DNA from: Octopus sinensis
Lineage: Eukaryota
Assembly: GCF_006345805.1 (NCBI RefSeq)
Contig: NC_043000.1
Coordinates: 115,320,001-115,384,000 of the forward strand
Length of the DNA: 64,000 nt
Direction of reading: 5' to 3'
A program made the position numbers and the translations under genes. Below are positions 23,529 through 34,573 of the stretch, piece by piece (the stretch's first letter is position 1; every line of letters starts with the position of its first letter). Below the pieces are notes generated by a model, which was not told where the DNA came from, ran no database searches, and saw only the letters and a program-made list of their open reading frames with translations.

Positions 23529-26427
23529 TCACACCATCAAAATTTAGAATCTATGAGCTTAATGCATAATTAATTCAAAACAATGTGAATTTTGGCTGAG
23601 TAATCAGAATGCTTAAAGGGTTTGTGGTAAGAAACTTTTTAATTATTTTAGTTTATGAAAGCAACCTATAAAGTAATCTTTATATTTTCTTACTCCCGTG
23701 TTATTGATTTTTTCTTCTGATTTTCTGTTTCCTTCTTGACAGGTTTCTCCTTTGACTCTGAACAAATTGAAATAAGCTTCTTCTAAGAAAATTAATAAAT
23801 AGACAAATGTATTATCGTAATAAATAGCCGCTGTTATCTTTTATTATATATGAATAATATCCTTTTACCTTTCTGAAATTAATAAACTTGTAGGTAAATC
23901 TATTTTGCTATTTATTTAAACAAAGGTAAATACTTTAATTCTGTGACAAAGTAATTCAGTAATTTAATATATAAATATTGTTTCTATCTAGCAACTAAAT
24001 ACATCTATTCTTTAACAGAATAAATATAAGCCTACAAAATGATTCCGTCAATTTAGTGAAATAGACAAATTTGTTTAACAATTAATCACTCTTCTCCGTT
24101 GTATTCTGTTTTCTTCAGTCTTTCAAAAAGTTCTTTTTCTTTATATTTTCTGTCTAATCTAAAACATGCTCGTCTGTCTTATGTCTGTTTCTTAACTGTC
24201 GGTCTGTCTTTCCATGCTTCTTATTATCATACTTTTAGATAATTAAACAAGCAAAAATATTTCCTTGTCAAGGTTGAATACAGTGATTGAAGAATATGTC
24301 TGAACTGCAAATGTGAAATATTATCCTCTTGTCCTTATGATGAGAAATACATTTTAGCCAACCGATCCATTTCATCTTATAAGTAAATCCCCTTACTATG
24401 AAAAGGGATTATTTCCCCTACATCTAAGTGCCCATGCATGTTTTGCAAAAGAACCTTCTTCATAAAGCCAATTTTATAGAAAGAGAAATCTTATAATTTC
24501 TTGAAGCAACAAAATTGACAGGTGGAAGAAATTTGCATTTTCTTGGTCCCTGTGTCGTGGCACGTAAAAGGGCACCATTTGAGTGTGATCGTTACCAACG
24601 TCGCCTTACTGGCACCTGTAAAAAGATTCGAGCAAGGTCATTGCCAGTACCACCTGACTGGCCCCCGTGCTGGTGGCACGTAAAAAGCACCCACTACGCT
24701 CTCAGAGTGGTTGGCATTAGGAAGGGCATCCAGCTGTAAAAACTCTACCAGATCAAGATTGGAGCCTGGTGTAACCATCTGGTTCGCCAGCCCTCAGTCA
24801 AAATCGTCCAACCCATGCTAGCATGGAAAGTGGATGTTAAACGATGATGATGATGGAATGTGGCTAAGCACTTCCATCCAGCAATTTGATTATAGAGACC
24901 CTGAAACTCTATAGCTTCTATAGGTCTAATGAAAAAGGAAAGCATTGTTTGATTCTTATGCCGCCTTCAAGCCATATAGGTCTTGTTAGAGAGCATTGTG
25001 ATTGGTGAAGAAGAGGCAAGCATTGAGAAAGAAATCAGCTGTGAAAGAAATTTCTTATGTTTCTTAGATGGCCAGAAGGCACATGCTACCAGTATGCTTG
25101 TGTAAGATGCCAAGAAAGTGGAAATGGTCCTGACTTGCCTGCCAAAATCATGACTGAATGCAAAGGTGAAGATAATACAGCTAGCCATGGTGAAGTCTGA
25201 GAGAAGCACCAACAAGCAGAACAACTGATACGAGACAGAAAACAAATACAAGCAAAGATATTTGCTAAAACTGAAAATAATGATACCATAAAGGACAGAT
25301 CCTGGATCATTTCTAGGTTCCACCTAAAGGCTGTCTGCTGGCATGGTGAAATGGGGGTGAGTTGCTGCCTTGATCATCTCAAAACTAGAAATATATTCTT
25401 TTCTACTCTAGGCACAAGGCCCGAAATTTTTGGGGAGGGGCCAGTTGATTAGATCGACTCAGTACGCAATTGGTACTTAATTTATTGACCCAGAAAGGAT
25501 GAAAGGCAAAGTCAATTTCAGCGGAATTTGAACTCAGAATGTAAAGACTGATGAAATACCAGTAAGCATTTTGCCCAGCGTGCTAATGTTTCTACCAGCC
25601 CACCGCCTTAAAACTAGAAATATAATATTCCTCACTAAATCAACAAGGTTGTGTAAAACCTTGTTTTTTGAAGGATCCCATTGTATTGTAATATGTACAT
25701 ATATCCACATATTTCATCATCATCATCGTTTAGCGTCCGCATTTCCATGCTGGCATGGGTTGGACGGTTCAACTGGGGTCCGGGAAGCCAGAAGGCTGCA
25801 CCAGGCCCAGTCTGATCTGGCAATGTTTCTACGGCTGGATGCCCTTCCTAATGCCAACCATTCCTTGAGAGATATTTATAGATATATACATATACACTGT
25901 TTCTGTCTCTCTGTCATACTCTAACCCCTCATCTGACACAAGGTCACCTCCTCCAGTACCCCGCCTCAAAGGATTTTTATATAATTTACTTGGTGACCCC
26001 TCCAGTGCTGGTGCCACATAAAAAGCATCCAATCCACATTGTAAAATGATTAGCATTTGGAAGGGCATGCAGCTGTAAAAACCATGCCAAAGCTGACCCT
26101 GCCAGTGCTAGTGCCACATAAAAAGCACTAAGTCCACTCTGTCAGGTGGTTGCCATCAGGAAGGACATCCAGCTATAGAAACCATGCCAAAACAGACAGT
26201 GAAGCCTGGTGCAGCCTTCTGACTTGCCATCTTGTGTCAAACTGTCCAACTCATGCCAGCATGGAAAGTGGATCTTATATGAAGATGATAACATGCATGC
26301 ATATGTAAATACACATACATTTGCATGCATGCTCATAGTCATTCATGTGCTTGCACATGCGCACAGATGTATATATTTATATACAAATATCCATGGACTC
26401 CTGGATATTTTGTTTATGTGTGTGCAC

Positions 26428-26592
26428 AGGCATGGCTGTGTGGTAAGAAGCTTGCTTTCCCAACCACATAGTTCTGGGTTCAGTCCCACTGCGTGGCACC
26501 TTGGGCAAGTGTCTTCTACTATAACCTTGAGCCGAGCAAAGCTTTGTGAGTGGATTTGGTAGATGGAAACTGAAAGAAGCCTGTTGTGTGTG

Positions 26593-26627
<35 letters not shown>

Positions 26628-26820
26628 TTATCCCCCACCATTGCTTGACAACTAATGTTGGTATGTTTACGTCCCCGTAACTTAGTGTTCAGCAAAATAG
26701 ATCAATAGAATAAGTACTAGACTTACAAAGAGTAAGTCCTGGGGTCGATTAGTTCAACTAAACATGCTGCTCCAGCATGGCTGCAGTCAAATGACTGAAA
26801 CGAGTAAAAGAATAAAAGAG
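26428..26820 (+). mobile_element. tRNA-derived SINE family A (further copies ~5270-5530 -, 29410-29822 -, 40905-41270 -, 47423-48035 +, 53255-53665 -)
   Basis: Match to 278-662. Confidence 0.85.
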
Positions 26821-28044
26821 TATATATATCAGACGTGAAACTGACAATGATGATATATATGTAGAAATATATTCATATCACTTACTCTCACCGGCTTCTC
26901 TTCCTCCTCCCTCTCTTAGTTTCTCTGTTCAACTGCTTCCTCTTAATGTATACACTCTCACTTGTCTTGTGTTCCCCATCAGTTGCAGCCACTTGTTCAA
27001 ACACAGAGCACAGATGACAGTAACAGAAAGAGCCCTGTCAATGCACATGAGCAGGGAGTTTATTGATAGAGGGATTTGCATGCCAGACATAGTTGAAAGG
27101 TTCATTGAGAAACAGTGTTTCTCTAACGAAACAGAAACCACTTGATTACAGATATTAATTGAAATTACAAAAACAAATGGGGGAAAGAGATTCTGGTGTG
27201 ACATTGTGAAAAACATTTTAGTTGAAAACAGAGTGTATGTTATATAAGTGTCGTGATATTCTGAGATCCGCTACAGGTTTTAGAGATACGTAGTAATTTC
27301 CCTTGCGGGAACTATGGGAGAATATACACGGTTGTCTCCTGGAATGCCTGGAGAGGGGTCTCTACCATGAGGTTCCTCATTGTACACTAGAACCTCAGAC
27401 GTTGATATGCGATGTTCATTGTGGCATCCTTAGTGGGATGTGTATGCATACATCCCCCGGCACACATTTGATGTTCCTAAAGAATAGTCAGAAAATAGCT
27501 CTTGTATGCTAAAAGTCCCAAACTTCTTCAGATATGTATGTTTTGCAGACGGCGATTTTTTTTTTAATCCATACCACTTATGTAATTTTTCAGTGTTTAC
27601 TTATTTGTCATATGTTTTAAACATCTGGGATTAAAAAGTCGAATCTGTAAAATCACAGTAAAAAGATGCATTATCCCAGCTGCCCGTTTTCTTTATTTTA
27701 AGGATTCATTACCTATGATGCTTAAAGCAAATACGTCCTATTTTGGTGCATCCTCTCAAATCCTCTGTAAAACTTCTCTTATAGTCTATCTTCCTTTAAC
27801 TTATCTAGTTTTCCAACTGGGGTTCCCTCTGTTGTACTTTAACCTTTTAGCATTTTAACTGGTCATATCAGGCTCGAATATTCTGCCTCTTGTTCTTGTT
27901 TTTCATTCAAACTGGCCAGATTCAGTTCCTCACAATGTCATTCTGAAAATAAATATCATTTTCAAAATCTTGATCCTAGGAGATAATGCATGATCAAGTC
28001 AAAACAATGTGAATAAATAAGCCTTACATTTGACAGAGTAATCT

Positions 28045-28279
28045 CTATTTCTTTACTACCCACAAGGGGCTAAACACAGAGGGGACAAACAAGGACAGAC
28101 AAACGGATTAAGTCGATTATATCGACCCCAGTGCGTAACTGGTACTTAATTTATCGACCCCGGAAGGATGAAAGGTTAAGTCGACCTCGACGGAATTTGA
28201 ACTCAGAACGTAACGGCAGAAGAAATACGACTACGCATTTCGCCCGGCGTTCTAACGTTTCTGCCAGCTCGCCGCCTTG
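28045..28279 (-). mobile_element. CORE-type SINE family B
   Basis: Reverse-complement match, TSD TGACAGAGTAATCT. Confidence 0.88.
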
Positions 28280-30794
28280 TGACAGAGTAATCTCAATGCT
28301 AAGCAAGTAACTGCTCATCACCTGGAATAAAGCCACCTCAGTCAATAACCCCCCTCCACCTCGGTTGAGTGGTCTTGTTTCTTTTTAGTTGGTGACTTCG
28401 CTGGAGGTAGTACCCAGTATATCTGTCAAATGGTTGGCATTAGGAAGGGCATCTAGCTGTGGAAACCACGTTGACGCAGATATTGGATCTTGGCGCAGTT
28501 CTCTGGCTCATCAGCTCCTATCCAACCATCCAATCCATGCCAGCATGGAACATGGGCGTTAAAAGAACACCTTTGTGTGTATACACACACGTACATATAC
28601 CTATATATATATATATTTCGATTTTGTATTCGCTTTGTAAGATTCGTCTGTTGAAGTGTATTTTATTGTGTCTGGTGAGTCATTCTCTTTTAGTGTCTTA
28701 TTACTTAACACACACGCCGTTTCGATTTCCACTCATTTACTTATTTATTTTTTCTATAAATAAGTAATTAAGGGGAAATCGAACCGGTGATTGTGTTAAG
28801 TAATAAGGCACTAAAAGAGAATGATTCTCCCCAGACACAATAATATATACATATAGGCGCAGGCATGTGATTTCGGGTTCAGTCCTTCTGCGCGACACCG
28901 TTACTAAATGTAATTAGGAGTGAATTAATATACATGTATGTATGTATGTATGCATGTATGTATGCTTGCATGCATGCATGTATGTATGTGTGTATGTATG
29001 CATGTATATGCGCACACGTACACATATATCGTGTGTGCGTGCGTATGTATCCCTTTGCCACGTGACAATCGAAGTACGTTTGTTTACGTATCTGTAACTT
29101 AGCAATTCGACATTAATTTTGTTCCAGGTTCCTTGAAATAAATACTGGAGTTGATTCTTTCAAGTCCACCCCTGAAAGTGGTGCCCCAGCCATGCCGCAG
29201 TCCAGTAACAACGTGTTTGTGATATACTTTGGTCACCCACACCTACAGATACATAACGTGTAATAAATACTTTCTCAGTTTTCTCGTTTATTTTCGATTT
29301 CATTTCGGTCTGTGACCAAAAACCGAGGGTGGAAATAACACTATTCGATTATGACCGGGTATCCTGCCCCGATTTCTTCGGATTCCCGTGCTTTTAAAAT
29401 TTTTCTCCCGCTGTATCTTTTACTTGTTTCATTCATTGGACTGCAGCTATGCTGGGACACTGTTCCTGTCCGGTTTAGGTGTAACAAATCAATCCCTGTA
29501 CTTTTTCCTTTGTTCAAACTTGGTACTTATTCCACTGGTATTATTTGGCGAACCGTTAAGTTACGGCGACGTGAATAAAATCAACGGCAATTGAAAGGGA
29601 CAAACAGAAGCACATACACTCATTATATACACACACTCGAATATGCATATACATACACGATGAGTGTTTTTCAATTTCCAACTATCAAATCCACTCGTAA
29701 GGTTTTGGTCGACCTGCTTGCTTTAGTAGAAGACGCTTGTCCAAAATGATACGCAGTGGGACCGAACTCGGAGCCATGTGATTTGGAAACAAACTTATTA
29801 CCATACAGCCATGTCTGCGCCTATTAAACCGCTTTTTTTTTTCATAAGTCTTTTTCTGTTCAAAAAAAGTTACTTGAAGAAACGGGACAACAAATAGGCA
29901 TCTATGTAGTCGCTTGACTTTTTAGGAAATAGTAGCGAAATGCCTCTCAAATCACTGCCTGTTATTTTGAAAACGAAAAGGCACTGGAGCATGAAGTGTC
30001 AGGCATATACAAAATACGGGATGGCCACGGCCGGAATACCTTTAATCATAGTTCTGCAGATGAACAGCAGCTCATGACACGGTGTGTCGACGACTAAGTC
30101 CACATGTGGTTACTTAACCTGTTAGAAATAGCGGCCGAATCTCCATAGTACAGCATCCCCCCACTGTCTTTAGAGCACAATGGATAGATATTAAAAACAG
30201 TCCTAGATATTATTAAAAAAAAAAAAAAGACGGGATGGTCACAGTTGGAACAGCTTTGATCGTTAATACATTCGAAAACTGACAGGTTTCTTACATTCGC
30301 ATGTGTACATATCATACACACGTATATCTGTGTGTATGTGTATATATATATGTGTGTATATATATATTTTTTTTTCATCAGTATAATTTCGCGTTTCCGT
30401 TTTTCACAGCGACTCGCTTTGGAAAACGGAAACTAAATTCAGTTGCAACGGAAGAAAGCCTCAGCTTCGAACAAATGAATATAAACTCTACATCATGTAT
30501 TGAGTGCATCTCCCCCTTCTCTCCCCGTTGGTAAATTTAAACACCACATATTTATACACAGATACGAGATCCACCCTTTTCAAACCCCTCGCTTCTTCCG
30601 CCGAACCAAGCGTATGAGATTCGATAACCTCCCCGTTTCATCGACGACAAATTCACTCGTTTATTTCTTCTTTTTGCCTGTCTTCTCAAGTCAGGAAGAT
30701 CTCGGCTTAAACATTTTTTTCAGGAAATTAAAGTTGCTTGTGCTTTTAAAAAACGTCTAATGACTTATTATCACACACACACCTACACTCTTGT

Positions 30795-31220
30795 CGCCTT
30801 CAGGCTGTCTCTCCCTCCTCTCTTTTTTTCTCACCGTGTATATATGTGGCTGTTTATTTCTTATCTCATTCACTCATACTTCCCCTTCGTCCCTCTCTCT
30901 GTTTCTCTCCCTCTCCCCTTCTCTATTTCTCTCTCTTCCTCTCGATTTTTTTTGTCTTTCCCTCCCATTCTCTTTCTTTCTTCCCTCTCTCCATTTCTTT
31001 CTCCCTCCCTTTCTCTTTCTCTCTATTTTTTCTCTCTCCCTCCCATTCTCTTTCTTTCTTCCCTCTCTCTCCCCTTCTCTATTTCTCTCTGTCCGTTTCT
31101 CTCTTCCTCTCTAATTTTTTTTTTGTCTCTCCCTCCCATTCTCTTTCTGTTTCTTTCTTCCCTCTCTCCCTGTCTCTTACTGACACAAAAACACTCTTTC
31201 TCTTTCCCCGTATCTCTCGC
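30795..31220. repeat. ~425-bp polypyrimidine (CT-rich) tract with three internal repeats
   Basis: The unit CCCTCCCATTCTCTTTCT..TTCTTCCCTCTCTC occurs at ~30960, ~31037 and ~31131. Confidence 0.85.
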
Positions 31221-32349
31221 TTAATGTTGGCTTTTTATGTTATATTGCTTTATTGTAAGATAGGATTTCATTAGTGTGTGTGGCAAGGACTGTATACTGT
31301 CGGTCTATGAGTGATTGTGAAGTCGGGGTTCTCTTCTGTGTTGTTTCGTACGTAATAAAGCTATAGCAACCAACGAATATTGTTGCCATATTGTGCCAAA
31401 AGGGAAAGACTCTTAATTAGCGAAGCATGCAATGTTGGTAGGTAATTTGTTCCTTCTTTTGATTGTCATTCATTTATTTCACATTTAATCTCAACTGATA
31501 CACAACAGGCATTTGCTCCTTGTATTTCTCTCCCCCACTCCAATCAGTTTCACGAAACGGACAGGTCGCAATATTTATTCGAGGCCTATTAACAAATCAG
31601 GGGTGTAACATATATATATCTTAAATATGAAATTTATTAAAATTTATTATATTCAAACCAGATCTAATCCCTTCAGCGAGTTTTCGTACACACGTGTTTA
31701 AGAGACAGAGATAGAGCGACTTAAATTATTACCAAAAAAAAATATACACATTCCCTCTATGTATGTACGTACGAGTGTATATAATTCGTAATTTTATTTC
31801 TTCATAAATCTATTGTTTTTTCAGCTGTCCGAATCCAGCTTTTTTTGTTTTTGTTTTTGGTACTCTTGTGTCGTTATTTGGCGGTGCCATATTTCATAAT
31901 TACTGACCTCTTCCTAGCCGTGACCCCTAAACATTTGGATATATTTTCTTGGGAGATCGGGGCAAATGACACGTGTGGTGGCGGTGGTAGTGATGATCGA
32001 TAAAGTAACGTAGACGGGTGATGGTCTGTTGCTAGGGAGAAACGATACTTTAATATATATACATACATACACATATATATATATATGTATAATGCGCGTG
32101 TATATAATATGTATATATAGAACTAAAACTAGCCCACTATTCTATTAACGCACGTCGTCGCTCTTTTCTATCCAGTCACACATCAGAATTTTCATTTCCC
32201 CGCACACTGTTGTGGTGGTTGTTGCTCTTTAATTGCCGACAGCCTCCTAGATTGCATTTTTACGACAGTCAGAACTTTTTTACTTCATTTTCGTGGATGA
32301 TCTGGACGACTGTGAAAGCAGTGCTGTTCCAACTGGCTTGAAAAGCAGG

Positions 32350-32376
32350 ATGTCGGGAGAGGTAGCTGTTTACCAA
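32350..32376 (+). CDS. YTHDF: Candidate alternative first coding exon of YTHDF (MSGEVAVYQ)
   Basis: agcaggATG TCG GGA GAG GTA GCT GTT TAC CAA|GTGAGC. It has a purine at -3, a strong donor, is in phase 0, ends in Q like exon 1, and lies in a CpG-rich region. Confidence 0.55.
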
Positions 32377-33070
32377 GTGAGCATTTTGAATATTAATTAC
32401 TCGTTTCTTTCTTGGACGGCCTTTAAACTCATATCCATCCAGCCTACCATTCAATCTAAATTGGATTTATTTAAAAAAGGGTAGTATCAAGAATCGCATA
32501 TGTTTTACTTGTCTTCTCTCGAATGGTTCTGTTTTGTTTTTTTTCCCCCTTATCTGTTACTTAAGCATTACCACACACTTAAATTAGTGTTCTAGACTTT
32601 AAGTTAAGCTTTCTTTATGCGCTATCTAAACGAAAATGGCAGCCTTTCGTTGATATGTCATCATCATTCGTCATCGTTTTTGACCTTACGTGTTGTTTCT
32701 TTCACCTCTTAACTCTTCATCCCAGTTTTGAAACACTCAAAATAGGTGATAATTTGTGTTTTTTTCTTCTCTGCAGCCATTGTTGTTTGTATATGTATGT
32801 ATGAGTTTGCTCAATGTGTGTAAATCAGTCCTTCGCCGCCATTGACATATGGTGATCACACGGGCATCACGTTCACCGCCACCACCACTATTATTATTAT
32901 TATTATTATTATTATTACTACTACTACAACTCGTATTGCACTGGTTTGGGAACTTTATCTCATAGTTTTGTTTTGTGTTTTTTCTTGCTTTTTTCTATAT
33001 ATTTCTACTTCGATGTCTCTTGCGATTTCTCTCTCTCTCTCTCTTCCCCTTCCTGCAGTAGCAACACTGT

Positions 33071-33352
33071 GGTACTTACTAGAGAACAGTGGTCCCGATG
33101 CGCGCACTCGCGCTGGCTAGTCGTGACTAGTCGATCCTACAGACGACTACCCTAGCAAAGTAAATAAAACACAAAATAATTTTTTTTACACAAAGTAAAT
33201 GATTTTTGTTAAAGAAAGTAAATAAAACACAAAGTAAATAATTTCTTAAAACAGTAAAACACAAAGTAAGGATCGACTAGTCATGACTAGTTTAGCGCGG
33301 ATGCGCGACAACGCGAGTGCGCGCACCGGGACCACTGTTCTCGAGTAGTACC
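33071..33352. mobile_element. MITE, Merlin-like (Mutator not excluded)
   Basis: TIRs GGTACTTACTAGAGAACAGTGGTCCCG... and ...CGGGACCACTGTTCTCGAGTAGTACC. The 9-bp TSD is CAACACTGT/CGACACTGT. The GGTAC terminus fits the Merlin GGNRM motif. Confidence 0.7.
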
Positions 33353-34529
33353 CGACACTGTTGCGTTTAAATCGATCCGATGCAAGAGGGATACCACTCT
33401 TTTTTTTTTTTCTTTTTTTTATATATCCTCCTATAATTACAACCGAACGTTGGATTAGGGGTGCGTGATCATTGAAAGAAAAGGTGTGTGTGTTAGAGTT
33501 TGGAGGGAAGAAAGGCTGTTTTGCTGTGTGGTATTTCGTTCGTATATGCAGCCTGAGCTGAGCGGTGTGATGATAATATATGAATTATTTGCAGTGAGCG
33601 AGCGAGAGTGAGATAGTGTGGTTAGTTGGTTGGAAAGGTGGAAAGGAAGTTGTGAAGCGGCCATAACTGACGCCCGCCATAGCAGCACGGGACTTATCTA
33701 TCAGAGATTTTTTTTTTTATAACTCAAACTAACACTTTTTCTGCTTTTTTGCCATTAATTTCATTTATTTATTTATTCCTCCAACACGTCACTCAATCTC
33801 TGGCGTTTTTTTTTCTTTCCCCGTCTTCTTCGGTTGTTGTTTTTTTTTGTATTTTGTATTTATAAAACTCCTCAAACTCATACGGAGCCAACAGATCGAA
33901 ATGCATACGCATCCGATTACAAAAAAAAAAATAATAATAATAATAATAATAATCTTTACTTGAAATTAAAGAATGTTGACGATGAAAGTTAAAGTTAAAC
34001 AAAAGATTAAAAGAAATAAAATTTAAATTCGATCTTGGTGGTGGTCGTGGTGATCATACCGATGTAGAAGATGGACAGCTGAAAGTGTTAACGGGGTAGA
34101 CAAATAAATATCTCATGGATATTAAGAAATGCATGGGAATGGTTTGCAAATACTTTAAAATTTGTGTTGTCAGCTACAGAAATTTTGATATCCGCATGTT
34201 ATAAATCCCGTTAATTTCAAGGGTTGCAGAAATTAAAAGCCATTTCGTCTCAAGCATGAAGCATTTGACTTTGTTAATTACTAATTTATAATAATAGGCC
34301 TATAAGTTTAATTTCCCTCTCGGAGGGTCGGTGGGGTAATGTTGGGTGGCAGGATAAGATATTAAGTAGGAAGCCAACAAGTTGGTTATATATATAATAT
34401 ATATGTATATATATACATACACACACACAGACATACATACATCCATTTCAAGGCCTTTGCAGTGTGAGTGTAAACGGCCTTCACTAATATTCATTTGTGT
34501 GTGTATACACACACACACACACACACACA

Positions 34530-34573
<44 letters not shown>

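Larger units (their letters stand above)
31800..34100 (+). promoter_or_regulatory. Candidate intronic alternative promoter
   Basis: CpG retained. YY1-like motifs AAAATGGC (~32633), GCCGCCATT (~32835), GCGGCCAT (~33657) and CCGCCAT (~33673). TCT-like GCTCTTTTC at ~32160. Depleted of SINEs. Confidence 0.45.

Noticed and set aside
24960-25330. Purine-rich, coding-looking stretch (also 26980-27150 and 870-1000)
   Set aside because: Stops in the plausible frames and no recognisable motif. Probably decayed repeat sequence.
33065-33072. CACTGTG(G) as a Transib/RSS heptamer terminus
   Set aside because: There is no matching opposite end. The bases belong to the 9-bp TSD and the start of the GGTAC TIR.
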